Source of the DNA: Bdellovibrionota bacterium
GTDB lineage: Bacteria > Bdellovibrionota_G > JALEGL01 > DATDPG01
DNA length: 64,000 nucleotides
NCBI GenBank assembly: GCA_963668355.1
Contig: OY764265.1
Location: forward strand, 2,784,001 to 2,848,000
Direction: 5' to 3'
Part shown: piece by piece, positions 11,801 to 20,794 of the stretch
How positions within the stretch are numbered: position 1 is the stretch's first letter
Layout: each line of letters begins with the position of its first letter
Translations under genes and position numbers: made by a program
Notes under the pieces: model-generated
Told to the model about the DNA's origin: nothing
Database searches by the model: none
What the model saw: the letters and a program-made list of their open reading frames with translations, nothing else

Positions 11801-11953
11801 TATACCCGGTGGACCAAGAAGACCTATGACAATCTCACGCAATACAAACCCGATGTTTACCCTCCCATAAGGGGAATAACGAGGTTTGAACGTCATATCT
11901 CTGAACCTTTGGTTTCATTTGATCGAAAGCTCTTGAAAGGAGGAAAGAAATGA
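8891..11953 (+). CDS. gltD: Large periplasmic TPR protein, GltD/AgmU-like
   Basis: Signal peptide, many TPRs, C-terminal APIP..L...Y..EL...A.PIEEKA; position in cluster. Confidence 0.72.
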   Translation: MRFWIGFLLAISLASTGLAQNRTLGKRTGSRSFERFEAFSVPQERVSAALQNKINEEIRLLRGIVKKRKNPNSRAEILFRIGELYWTLDRSVYFEEMEEYNKKLDAFLAGRTKREPKEPKFRGDRSYKIYKAIIKAAPKYERRDEVLFLAGYVGLQLGDNDALKYFKEVTQKYKRSKFRLDAYMELGNHYFSNREFGKAITAYKTVLREPSKIYNFALYKLSWCYYNQGKVRSAMSVMQKVVKASKGVRYEIELREEALRDLVVFYSDLGLINQALTYFNSINEPEYGIKVLSILANIYFEQSRYKKAIATIRKLLSLRPHDEKAPNQHSRLIESYEKSQNLTRAMKEMERFLTAYEPKSAWYKKNTDVDARDYANTRAEVYARFLPKKFHERAQKLEKSDPKESKRLKNAALLYYKRYLDRFAKHKNAYDMRFLYAELLFQEKHYAKAANQFGLVVKADHRGRYKKVALVGHIDALSRLEESHFKGLKKQGIKKKNEYEKIKLSSYAKRLIKADETYVRFFPKDAKVPHTLLHRSQLFYNYNHFDRALHGFFQIVDKFGRSEPSITARHLILDIYNVRKDWENLEKWASTFLHHSVFANAENQAFLLKLIQGSIFQRAKDLEEKKKYVPAAEMYLRLANKYPKSPYADKAVFNAAVDYINADASKKARNTAQRFLREYPSSKLVPKMLLALAGYFDDKLDYAYAAYYYELLADKDPKSKNAADALYNAGLYREHLKHYAKALRDYDTYLERYKRSKDAHQIYFAKGLIFEKQRKWSEAIEIFHSFPRKYGTKDKAKNIEAYFRKGKAYDHRNKYGEAFKAYRTAIYLFNKYSKSRGWASDTGAKYAAQASFELTRDDYREFQRIKFRMPQRRLARAIEKKARLLKRLREKYLSVINFGDAEMGVAALYHIGKIYQNFSQALFNAPIPKGLNMEETQIYQQELENRAAPIEEKAVEAYEKGIKKAMELEVYTRWTKKTYDNLTQYKPDVYPPIRGITRFERHISEPLVSFDRKLLKGGKK

Positions 11954-13131
11954 AACGCCTTTCTTCCTTGAATTTGGCTCTTGTGTTTTTGGTTTCCGGT
12001 TGTGCCATGAGTGGTTCTCGCCCAGACCAACCTGCTCCTTTCACGCCCATCAAAAAGGTGGAACCTCGAAAAATTAAAAAGGTCCGTGCGTCGCAGTTTG
12101 CAAAGCTTCAAGGGCCTCCTGTCCGTTTCCGCCAACAGATGGACATTGACAAAAAAGTGGTCCAAAAAAACCCCCGAAATTATGGGGCTTACTTGAGACT
12201 GGCCCGAGCTTATCGGCAAATTGGGGAATTCAAAAAAGCAGCGCGAACGATGGAAAATGCCATCCTCATTCGCCCTCGCCTAACCGAACCCCAGATGGAA
12301 TTGGCTGAAATTTATTTGGAAGCCGAAGAATTCGATAAGGCGGCGGATGTTTATTTGAAATTGCTAAAAACCAACCCCAAGAACTGGACCTTGAAAAACA
12401 ATCTGGCGACGGCCTATCGTGGCATGAAGGAGTTTTCAAAAGCTTTTGCCATCATTCGAGAGCAACTCAATCAAGATAAAACCAATGTCCATGCGATCAA
12501 CAACCTTGGTTTGATCTACTACGCAACCAACCGGTACGAACTCGCGGAGTTAACATTTCAAAAGGCTCGAAAACACAATTCCAAAGCTGCGTTTACTTAT
12601 AATAATCTCGGCCTAACTTATTTGCGATTGGATTTGCCCAAGAATGCCATTCATGAATTCAAGGAATCGGCCAAGCATGACCGTAAGTTCATAGACCCCC
12701 GTCTAAACCTGGCCAATCTTTATTTGCGGTATGGAAATTATCGAGCTGCAAGTAAGGTCTACCAACAAATTCTAAGAATTGACCCTTTGAACATTGAGGC
12801 CAATCAAAATCTTGGTGTAGCCAATATGGCCTTGGGATTATCAGAGGAGGCTTGGCGAGCATTTGCAACCATCGCAATGATCAGTCCACGAAACGCGGAT
12901 GCTCAGTACAACCTCGGTCTTCTCTTCCAAAACCAAGCTCAAGAACCCCGCTTGGCCTTGAGACATTTCAAAAAATTCACGGCCCTCCAAAAGGGAAAAC
13001 TTCCCTCAGACCATGAGGTCTTTCTGTACATCAAACAATTGGAAGACACAGTTAAGCGGCAAGACGAAAAGAGAAAGGCCAAAGCTGCGGCTGCACGAAA
13101 AGCCAAAAACAAAAAAGGTGGGAAAAAGTAA
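11950..13131 (+). CDS. gltE: TPR lipoprotein, GltE/AglT-like
   Basis: Lipobox LVSGC, tandem NNLG-type TPRs; follows gltD. Confidence 0.68.
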   Translation: MKRLSSLNLALVFLVSGCAMSGSRPDQPAPFTPIKKVEPRKIKKVRASQFAKLQGPPVRFRQQMDIDKKVVQKNPRNYGAYLRLARAYRQIGEFKKAARTMENAILIRPRLTEPQMELAEIYLEAEEFDKAADVYLKLLKTNPKNWTLKNNLATAYRGMKEFSKAFAIIREQLNQDKTNVHAINNLGLIYYATNRYELAELTFQKARKHNSKAAFTYNNLGLTYLRLDLPKNAIHEFKESAKHDRKFIDPRLNLANLYLRYGNYRAASKVYQQILRIDPLNIEANQNLGVANMALGLSEEAWRAFATIAMISPRNADAQYNLGLLFQNQAQEPRLALRHFKKFTALQKGKLPSDHEVFLYIKQLEDTVKRQDEKRKAKAAAARKAKNKKGGKK

Positions 13132-13403
13132 TGATGAATAAAAGCATTCGTTTGATCTTAAGTTTCTCCGTGATTTTCGCGATCCTGGCTTCTACCCCAG
13201 CATGGGCGGCGAGTTCAAAAAAAGGAAAACGCGTCAAAGTCGGAAGAACCGTTTACGACTTTGACGAAGTGGACATTCTGGGACGCCTAAAACGACCCGA
13301 AGGCCGCGAAATCATGGAACGGCCAGAGTTTCGATTTAGGCGACTATTAGACCTGGATGAGAGCTTTTTACCGAATATTACCCGAGCGGTAGACGAGTTT
13401 TAG
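13131..13403 (+). CDS. gltF: Small secreted GltF/CglF-like protein
   Basis: Signal peptide, YDFDEVDILGRLKRPEG...F..LL.L.ESF motif. Confidence 0.78.
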   Translation: MMNKSIRLILSFSVIFAILASTPAWAASSKKGKRVKVGRTVYDFDEVDILGRLKRPEGREIMERPEFRFRRLLDLDESFLPNITRAVDEF

Positions 13404-13419
13404 GAGACGGGAGATTTAT

Positions 13420-14862
13420 ATGGCGAAACCTTATATTCAAATGCCTTCAGATCCGAATTCGGAAATTTATTACGATGGGAATGCGCTAGCCATTGCCTTT
13501 CGACCGCGATCTCCAAAAGAGACCGGGAAGAAAGAGTCAACCGATAAGGTGTTGCGTGTGGTTGTGCAATGCTATGGATCGGTCATCGAGGATCGACTTT
13601 TCCAACCTGGAACAGTCATCACCATTGGCCAAGGACGTTCCAGTACGTTTCGGATTCCCACTCAAGGCCTTCCCCCGAAGCACCCCTTAATCTCTTATGG
13701 CCAAGATGGTGTGATCCAACTTTCGGTCAATCAGGCCTTTAACGGAATCATCCAATCTGAAACGAGCTTGGAACAGCTTCCAGTCAGTGATGGGAAAGCC
13801 CCTCACATCGTCAAATTGAAAAAAGGCTCAAAGGGCTGCATTCAACATGGGAGTGTCGTCTTCTACTTCGAAGAAATTGAAAACCCTGAGAAGGTCCCTC
13901 CGGTAGCCATCATCAAAACATTGACGGATCCTCAGGTGGTTCGATGGTGGTTTCTTTCTCTGGCCATCCATTTTCTGATCATTCTCATTGCCTTCCTCAT
14001 TCCGCCCTCTCCCAAAGAGGTCATGATTGAGGAATTGAAACCGAAGTTCCAAAAAATTGTGGTCAAACCACGAAAGATTAAGCCCTACGTGCAGAAAATG
14101 AGGGTGAAATCGGGGGCAAGCAGAGGAAAAGTCGGAAAAGAGGGTGAAGGAAGAAGGGCCAGAGGAAAAGAAGGACGCAGAGGAAAAGGCGTACCCGGAA
14201 AGTCCAAGAGAATGTCTCGAAAAGACATTGGAAAAACCGGGGTACTGGACGTTTTCTCGAAATCTCGAAGCGGAAGTGCCTTGGCTGATTTAATTGGTGG
14301 CGGTTCGGCCATTCCAGGTGCGGTAGACAAAAAGCTTGGGAACCGAAGTGCCCGCTACGGACTTCCAGGAGCCCGAGAGTTTCGTTCGGGAAAAGGTCTC
14401 AGGGGAGGCGGAACTGGAGGCGGGGGCCTCTCGACCTCTTTGGGACAGGGTTTGGGAACCAAAGGAAAAGGTGGCGGTGCTACGGGCACCGGCCTAGCTG
14501 ATTTTGGTACCGGCCGAAGCAATACGGCTGTCTCAGCCTCCATTGATGACGAAGAAATGTACATTCAAGGAAGCATTCCCAAAGAAGTCATCGCGAAAAT
14601 CATCGCGGACAATATTGGAAAGTTTAAGTATTGTTATGATCGCCAAGTTCAGGTGCAACCGAATTTAGGTGGGAAGATTCTTACGAATTTCATCATTGGT
14701 CTTCAAGGACGAGTTACAAGCACAAGGATCAAACGATCCACCATGAACAGTCCTCCTGTTGAACGATGCGTTCAAAACGTATTGCGTCGACTTCGGTTTC
14801 CAAAACCAGGTGGAGGAATTGTGGATGTCACCTATCCATTTCACTTCCGAGTTGCGGGGTAG
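13420..14862 (+). CDS. gltG: GltG-like protein (cytoplasmic domain, TM with conserved His, Gly-rich linker, TonB-C-like AgmX/PglI domain)
   Basis: SLAIHFLII TM, Gly-rich stretch, YCY...L.GKI...C...FPKPGGG.VDVTYPF. Confidence 0.78.
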   Translation: MAKPYIQMPSDPNSEIYYDGNALAIAFRPRSPKETGKKESTDKVLRVVVQCYGSVIEDRLFQPGTVITIGQGRSSTFRIPTQGLPPKHPLISYGQDGVIQLSVNQAFNGIIQSETSLEQLPVSDGKAPHIVKLKKGSKGCIQHGSVVFYFEEIENPEKVPPVAIIKTLTDPQVVRWWFLSLAIHFLIILIAFLIPPSPKEVMIEELKPKFQKIVVKPRKIKPYVQKMRVKSGASRGKVGKEGEGRRARGKEGRRGKGVPGKSKRMSRKDIGKTGVLDVFSKSRSGSALADLIGGGSAIPGAVDKKLGNRSARYGLPGAREFRSGKGLRGGGTGGGGLSTSLGQGLGTKGKGGGATGTGLADFGTGRSNTAVSASIDDEEMYIQGSIPKEVIAKIIADNIGKFKYCYDRQVQVQPNLGGKILTNFIIGLQGRVTSTRIKRSTMNSPPVERCVQNVLRRLRFPKPGGGIVDVTYPFHFRVAG

Positions 14863-14864
14863 TT

Positions 14865-15440
14865 ATGAAAAAACTTAGAAACGTAGCCATCACATTCATC
14901 CTCGCTATGGCTTGGGCGATCCCTAACGCTCAAGCAGACAATATCTTCGGCGAGTTCAAACGCTTGCCGGACGAAATTGAGCGAGGCTTCTCTCTTGGTT
15001 TTGATTTTGGAGCCCTCTTCTTCACGGGAGAAAAGAGAACCGTCCAAAACCCTGGCTTTTCCCTGGCCGTCACGATGGGCTATGACCTCTTCGAATATTT
15101 GAGCTTGGAAGCCATTTCCTTGGTCGGAATTTCAGAAGCCGATCCTCAAGATCCTCGCTTGGATGGCAGTGTGAATACAGTCCTCTTTAATTTGGCGGCC
15201 AAAGGACAAATGCCTTTGGGAAGGTTCTTTCCGTTCATCGAACTTGGACCTGGCATTCATTACTCCAAGCCCGTGTTTGTTCCGGGGGAAAATTGGAAAA
15301 TGAGCATTTTAGGAGGCGCGGGAATTGAGTACTACACATACCTCCGCCACTATTCGCTTTTTGCCAAGGTCATGTACTTATACAGCCTTCAAGACGTGGA
15401 TATGTTTGGCTTGTCTTTGGGCCTTCGATACACGTTCTGA
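14865..15440 (+). CDS. Small outer-membrane beta-barrel, GltH/CglE-like
   Basis: Signal peptide, EIERGF, C-terminal LRYTF; directly after gltG as in the myxobacterial gltD-H order. Confidence 0.65.
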   Translation: MKKLRNVAITFILAMAWAIPNAQADNIFGEFKRLPDEIERGFSLGFDFGALFFTGEKRTVQNPGFSLAVTMGYDLFEYLSLEAISLVGISEADPQDPRLDGSVNTVLFNLAAKGQMPLGRFFPFIELGPGIHYSKPVFVPGENWKMSILGGAGIEYYTYLRHYSLFAKVMYLYSLQDVDMFGLSLGLRYTF

Positions 15441-15735
15441 TTTTTCCTAGGGGGAACCTAGGCGTATGAAAAAAAGTTCCAAAAACTGGAGTTTTGAACA
15501 AAAATTGCGCCCAAAAGCGACGGGTGACTAGGTTTATTTCGTTTATTTTTAGGCACTTAACGTTTTTTTTCATTTTTGGTGCGAATTTTGCTCCTTTCTG
15601 ACTCCTATGCAGCATTTCATTTCTCAAACGAAACCCGATTATGAAACATGTTGTGAGTCCATGCCGTATCTGTGCTTGGCTCTGTTTATGGCATTTCTTC
15701 TGATCTAATTCAGAAAATCGCTTTCAAGAAGGTCG

Positions 15736-17118
15736 TTAAAAGCTGATCGATCTTTTTCCGAACCGAAACGTATACGTCATCGTGAAGTCTTCCCAAGGAG
15801 GACGAGAAACTTTCATTTCCTGAATTTGTCCCAAAATGCATCGATGAAATGCCTTGCTTCCGTAGGTGCTAGAAACCAGGCCGCTCTTGGAAACCCCTCC
15901 ACGATTTCCAATTGAAAACCAAATGGAAACTTTTCCAGGCGTTCCTTTTTTCACATGTTTCACAAAACATTGATCCACACCATGAATCTGACTCCGAAGA
16001 ATTTCTTGATATTCTTCCAGATTAATCGGCCGCATGGCCTCACGCTCTGCGGCGGCCATCCTTAGCTCCTCTGATTTAGGCATATCCAATTCGACTTCAA
16101 CGTTCTGACTGGAAGCCTTCAATTGTTTGAACTTTCGAAACAAATCCTTCCCGTCTTCTGGTTGGGAAGGCTGCAATTCATTAATTTTTCCAAACCCATT
16201 CGACTCGAGATGTCCCAGGGAACGATCTAGACTGGCCACCCAATCCTCTTGCGGAAGTTTTTGAGCTTCTTTTTTGGAGGTGAGTTTTTTCCTCTTGGAG
16301 GAGGCCGTCATTTTGGTTTTCTTTTTATCTGCCGGTTGTCCCGATCTCGTCGTCCTCGATTTGATGGGAGTTACTTCTTCCCTGGAAGCCATCGAAGATG
16401 GTTCTTGAGAAGCCCTAGGCGCCGCCCTTTCCGCAACCAACTCCGACACCAAATCTTCTTCTTGCGTAAGTCTCCATTGATGCATGACATAGCCCAAGCT
16501 TCCCGCCAAAGCCGCTAAAACCACAAGACCCAAAGTTTGCTGAATCTTTGAGGGACCCACACGAAGGGGTTTGGATCTCGGAAGAACCTCGATGGAGGAT
16601 GAAGCGACTGGAGGCGGTTTAACCGAAATCCGCTCCACTTTTTGGGGAAGTACGGCGGGCTTGGGGTCCACAGGAACGAATTTTGGAGGCGGTTCTGGGG
16701 CTTCAATGGGAATCTTGATGCCCGGTTCAGTGGGAACGTTGGGAAAAGGAATGACCTGTGCAGAAACAAAGGATGGATGGGAAATTTTAAGATGAACTTC
16801 TCCGATGCGAATATCATCCCCGTGGACAAGCCGACACCGAGTCGTCTTCTCATCGTTTACGAAGGTTCCATTCGCACTCCCCAAATCCTGTAAGAAAAGC
16901 TGGTTCTTTCCTTTGAATTCAATTTGGCAGTGTTTTCGAGAAACGTATTTTAGGTTAAGGGCAATATCGGCATCGGGATCTCGACCGACCAAAAAGGTTC
17001 CTTCTTCCAAACGAAAACTGCGAAAAAAACGACCATGCCGATACACACGAACAAACGGAAGTTTTTGCGTTCCATCCGATACCAAGGGGGCTTTTTTCGA
17101 TCTCTGCGGCGGCTTCAA
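15736..17118 (-). CDS. FHA-domain membrane protein with C-terminal AgmX/PglI(TonB-C)-like domain
   Basis: FHA motifs VGR, VSRKH, DLGSANGTFVN; Pro-rich linker; TM; C..GKV.I.F.I..C..YTFRF. Confidence 0.8.
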   Translation of the reverse strand: MKPPQRSKKAPLVSDGTQKLPFVRVYRHGRFFRSFRLEEGTFLVGRDPDADIALNLKYVSRKHCQIEFKGKNQLFLQDLGSANGTFVNDEKTTRCRLVHGDDIRIGEVHLKISHPSFVSAQVIPFPNVPTEPGIKIPIEAPEPPPKFVPVDPKPAVLPQKVERISVKPPPVASSSIEVLPRSKPLRVGPSKIQQTLGLVVLAALAGSLGYVMHQWRLTQEEDLVSELVAERAAPRASQEPSSMASREEVTPIKSRTTRSGQPADKKKTKMTASSKRKKLTSKKEAQKLPQEDWVASLDRSLGHLESNGFGKINELQPSQPEDGKDLFRKFKQLKASSQNVEVELDMPKSEELRMAAAEREAMRPINLEEYQEILRSQIHGVDQCFVKHVKKGTPGKVSIWFSIGNRGGVSKSGLVSSTYGSKAFHRCILGQIQEMKVSRPPWEDFTMTYTFRFGKRSISF

Positions 17119-17126
17119 CGCATCTC

Positions 17127-17142
17127 ATTATACGCGTATAAT
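17127..17142. promoter_or_regulatory. Perfect 16-bp palindrome with TATAAT on both strands (candidate bidirectional promoter/operator)
   Basis: ATTATACGCGTATAAT between divergent FHA gene and amrB. Confidence 0.5.
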
Positions 17143-17180
17143 TCGTTGCGTGTAAGGAAAGAGAGACCCATAATGTCTTC

Positions 17181-17981
17181 ATGACTTCCTCCCGCCCCGC
17201 CGCCGTAGCTGGAACGTTTTATCCAGCTTCCAAGGAAGAGCTTCTGGCCACCATTCAAACTTTTCTGGAAAAATCCCAAAATCAGATCCAAAAATTCTCT
17301 CTTCCTCCTCCCAAAGCACTCCTTGTTCCACACGCAGGATACATTTACTCGGGGGAAACAGCGGCATTTGCCTACGCAACGCTCAACTCACACACCTCTC
17401 AGATCAAAAAGGTCATTCTCCTTGGGCCTGCACACAGAGTGTATATCCAAGGGATCTCTCTTCCACAGCATGATTTCTTCACCACGCCATTGGGGAAAAT
17501 TGAAATTGACTCAAAGTTGCGAGATTTGGCAAAAACACTTTCTTTCGTTTCCTTGGATGACTCGCCTCATCAATGGGAACATTCCATAGAGGTCCAACTC
17601 CCTTTTCTTCAAGACATCTTGCGAGATTTTACACTTTTACCTGGAGTCGTGGGCGACTGCTCCCCGGAGGATGTCTTTGGATTTCTCGATGCCCTCGGAA
17701 ACTTAGACGACTCTCTCATCATCATCAGTTCAGATTTGTCGCACTTTAAAAATTATGCTGAAGCCACGCGCTTAGACCAACAAACCATCTCCCAAATCCA
17801 AGCGCTCCAAGAGGTTTCCAGTCTGGAGCAAGCTTGCGGGAGTCGGATCATAAGCGGTTGGATTCGTTACGCCAAGAAACACGCCCTTCTCCCTCATTTA
17901 CTAGATTACCGAAATTCCGGAGATACGGCGGGAAGTCGGAAGGAGGTGGTGGGTTATTGTGCGTTCGCATTCACCCATTGA
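17181..17981 (+). CDS. amrB: AmmeMemoRadiSam system protein B (MEMO1-like)
   Basis: RPAAVAGTFYP, PHAGYIYSG, EHSIEVQLPFL, SSDLSH, NSGD..G...VVGY. Confidence 0.93.
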   Translation: MTSSRPAAVAGTFYPASKEELLATIQTFLEKSQNQIQKFSLPPPKALLVPHAGYIYSGETAAFAYATLNSHTSQIKKVILLGPAHRVYIQGISLPQHDFFTTPLGKIEIDSKLRDLAKTLSFVSLDDSPHQWEHSIEVQLPFLQDILRDFTLLPGVVGDCSPEDVFGFLDALGNLDDSLIIISSDLSHFKNYAEATRLDQQTISQIQALQEVSSLEQACGSRIISGWIRYAKKHALLPHLLDYRNSGDTAGSRKEVVGYCAFAFTH

Positions 17982-18516
17982 TGGAAGTTTACTTCTGAGA
18001 CTCGCACGAGAGACACTCAATGAACATTTTGGCCTCGGAAGTTATTCAACTCCGCAAGAGTCCTATTTACAGGAGCCAGGGGCCACATTTGTCACATTGA
18101 AAATGCATCACGTCTTGAGGGGATGCATTGGAAGCTTGGAAGCGAGACGGTCTCTTTTGAATGACTTGCGAGAGAACGCTTTGGCGGCTGCATTTCGAGA
18201 TCCACGCTTTCCTCCTCTGACCGAGGATGAATTAACTGAGGTGCAATTGGAAGTTTCACTATTGTCCCCATTGGAACCTTTGAACATTCAATCCGAGGAA
18301 GAGGCCCTGAATTGCATTTGTCCGGGGCAAGATGGCCTGCTTCTGGAGTGCGATGGAAGAAAAGGCACCTTCCTTCCACAGGTGTGGGAACAATTGCCAG
18401 ATCCCCAAGATTTTCTGCGACATTTAAAAATGAAGGCTGGTCTTTCCCCCATGGGCTGGGACCGTGACTATCAGCTTTTTCGTTACTCCGTGAGCCATTG
18501 GAGTGAACCTTCGTGA
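17959..18516 (+). CDS. amrA: AmmeMemoRadiSam system protein A (AMMECR1-like)
   Basis: ATFVTL, LRGCIG, AAFRDPRFPPL, TFLPQVW. Confidence 0.93.
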   Translation: MRSHSPIDGSLLLRLARETLNEHFGLGSYSTPQESYLQEPGATFVTLKMHHVLRGCIGSLEARRSLLNDLRENALAAAFRDPRFPPLTEDELTEVQLEVSLLSPLEPLNIQSEEEALNCICPGQDGLLLECDGRKGTFLPQVWEQLPDPQDFLRHLKMKAGLSPMGWDRDYQLFRYSVSHWSEPS

Positions 18517-19532
18517 CGTCCCTGATTCCGGCCAAGTGGTGGCATGCCCTCCCAGACGGACGAATCCAGTGCGATCTATGCCCCAGAGACTGCAAATTGA
18601 AGGAGGGGCAACCCGGGCATTGCTTCGTACGCCAGCGTCACGGAGATCAAATCGTCCTTACCACATACGGTTTTTCATCTGGTTTTGCCGTCGACCCCAT
18701 CGAAAAAAAGCCTTTGAATCATTTCCTCCCTGGGACTCGCATTCTTTCGTTTGGAACCGCGGGATGCAATCTCGCCTGTCAATTCTGTCAAAACTGGGAT
18801 TTAAGCCGCTCCCGAGACATTCAAAGAACCTCCGAAAAGGGAAATCCCAAAGAAATCGCGGATTGGGCCGCCTCATATGACTGTCAAAGTGTCGCGTTTA
18901 CCTACAATGACCCGGTGATTTTTGCGGAATATGCCATGGATGTCGCCCAAGCTTGTCATTCTCAAGGCCTGCATACCGTCGCCGTCACGGCAGGATACAT
19001 CCGAGAAGAACCTCGAAAAGAATTTTTTCAACACATGGACGCCGCAAACATTGATTTAAAAGGATTTTCCGAAGCGTTCTATCACAAACTTACAGGCGCT
19101 CATTTGCAGGATGTGTTGGATACCTTGGTCTATGTAAAGCATGAAACATCTACCTGGTTGGAAATCACAACCCTCCTCATTCCCGGAAAAAATGACTCTT
19201 CCAACGAAATTCAACAAGCGTGTGAGTGGATCCAAAGCCATTTGGGAGAAGATGTTCCCCTCCATTTCACGGCGTTCCATCCAGACCACAAATTGACCGA
19301 GATATCTCGAACGCCTCTTTCAACGCTGGAAAGGGCTCGATCCATCGCCACGGATGTGGGCCTTCGGTATGTATACACGGGCAACCTTCCTCACTCCGAG
19401 GGGGGGAGAACCATATGTCCCGAGTGTCAAAGGGTTCTCATCCAACGACACGGTTATGAGATCGAATTCAATTCCTTGGAAAAACAAGGGATCTGTCCGA
19501 AGTGTCACGCAGCCATCCCTGGAAGGTTTTAG
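18513..19532 (+). CDS. amrS: AmmeMemoRadiSam radical SAM enzyme
   Basis: C.LCPR.C, DPIEKKPL.HF, CNLACQFCQN (CxxxCxxC). Confidence 0.95.
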   Translation: MTSLIPAKWWHALPDGRIQCDLCPRDCKLKEGQPGHCFVRQRHGDQIVLTTYGFSSGFAVDPIEKKPLNHFLPGTRILSFGTAGCNLACQFCQNWDLSRSRDIQRTSEKGNPKEIADWAASYDCQSVAFTYNDPVIFAEYAMDVAQACHSQGLHTVAVTAGYIREEPRKEFFQHMDAANIDLKGFSEAFYHKLTGAHLQDVLDTLVYVKHETSTWLEITTLLIPGKNDSSNEIQQACEWIQSHLGEDVPLHFTAFHPDHKLTEISRTPLSTLERARSIATDVGLRYVYTGNLPHSEGGRTICPECQRVLIQRHGYEIEFNSLEKQGICPKCHAAIPGRF

Positions 19533-19538
19533 AGAAAA

Positions 19539-19613
19539 TGGTGGCGGTGGGTAGAATCGAACTACCGACACGGGGCTTATGAGACCCCTGCTCTACCACT
19601 GAGCTACACCGCC
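19539..19613 (-). tRNA. tRNA-Met (CAT), probably elongator
   Basis: GGCGGTGTAGCTCAG...GGGGT-CTCATAA-GCCCC...GTTCGATT...CGCCACCA cloverleaf with CCA. Confidence 0.93.
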
Positions 19614-19699
19614 AATCGGGGATGCTTCAGCAGAAGCCATCGGACCCGTAAGCGCGCGGTTTCATAGCACAATTGGCGAAGCGCGCAAGCCCTTTTCGA

Positions 19700-20794
19700 C
19701 TAACGCTTTTCCAAGCCAAACAGCGTGCCTTTTCGAGTCAACAACCAAATTCGATCGCCAAGAGCGATGGCTGGCCCTAATACCGGCGCTCCCAAATTGT
19801 ATCGCCAAACTTCTTTTCCCTCTTGCGGATCAATCACGTGAACAAAGCCTTCGAATGAAGAAGCCAAAAGAAACGAGTCACTTTTCGAAAGACCGCTCCA
19901 ATTTGAGCTACCCTTCGCTTCGATTTCCCATTTTTTGGCTCCGCTTCGCGGGTCCACCGCGAATATTTTCCCTTGTTCTCCCGGAACGAACAAGACATCT
20001 CCCATCAGCAAGGAAGCAGCGGAGGCTCCCCCCTGCTCCAAAGACCAAATTGGAGCCCCATTTCGCATAAGGGCATGCATCCGACCTTGAAATTGAGCCA
20101 CCAAAACCCGTCCGTTAGTCATCAAAATGGGAGCCACGACATCGGGAAATCGACTTTTGCCTTCCAAGCGCTTTTTCCAGACTTCGGTTCCATCTTTCGA
20201 GTTGAGAGCCGCTATCGTTCCATCATTGAAGCCGACATACACCCTGCCATCTTTCTTCATGGGAGTTGATACCGCACGAATTGTAATCCGATTGGGAAGA
20301 ATACCCTTGTACTGCCAGACACGCTGTCCTGAGCTGATTTCCAGGGCGTAAAAGTAGCCATTATTGGCCCCAAACAAAACGTTGTTTCCGTCCAAAACCA
20401 TGGGCGAACCCAAAACTTCACCGGTGACCTCATGTTTCCACAGGATTTTTCCCGTAGCGACCTCCAAGGCCAAACACTCTCCCGAAGAGGTTCCCAAAAA
20501 CACCCGACCTTCATGAACCAATACATTTGACGTCACCGAACCGTTGACCTCTCGACGCCAAATTTCATCTCCTGAAGTTCCATCCACCCGATAAGCGGTC
20601 CCTCGAGCACTTCCAAAATACAAGGATTGTCCGTCCGAGGTTAACGCGGAATCCACAACCATTTTACTCGAAAGCCCTAACCAAGACGAATCCGTGAATC
20701 GAGTCTCTCGGGCCACAAGGTACGGACTCCGAGCACAACCATGCAAGAGAAGAAACAGAACCATTAAGAAAGAAAGAGAGATTGCGTTTTTCAT
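19700..20794 (-). CDS. bamB: BamB-like PQQ beta-propeller lipoprotein
   Basis: Lipobox LHGC, repeated G...W propeller blades; downstream of yfgM-like gene. Confidence 0.72.
   Translation of the reverse strand: MKNAISLSFLMVLFLLLHGCARSPYLVARETRFTDSSWLGLSSKMVVDSALTSDGQSLYFGSARGTAYRVDGTSGDEIWRREVNGSVTSNVLVHEGRVFLGTSSGECLALEVATGKILWKHEVTGEVLGSPMVLDGNNVLFGANNGYFYALEISSGQRVWQYKGILPNRITIRAVSTPMKKDGRVYVGFNDGTIAALNSKDGTEVWKKRLEGKSRFPDVVAPILMTNGRVLVAQFQGRMHALMRNGAPIWSLEQGGASAASLLMGDVLFVPGEQGKIFAVDPRSGAKKWEIEAKGSSNWSGLSKSDSFLLASSFEGFVHVIDPQEGKEVWRYNLGAPVLGPAIALGDRIWLLTRKGTLFGLEKR

Noticed and set aside
15441..15735. AT-rich gap with weak inverted repeats between convergent genes (possible sRNA)
   Set aside because: Only a short CCTAGG palindrome and imperfect repeats; no recognisable RNA family
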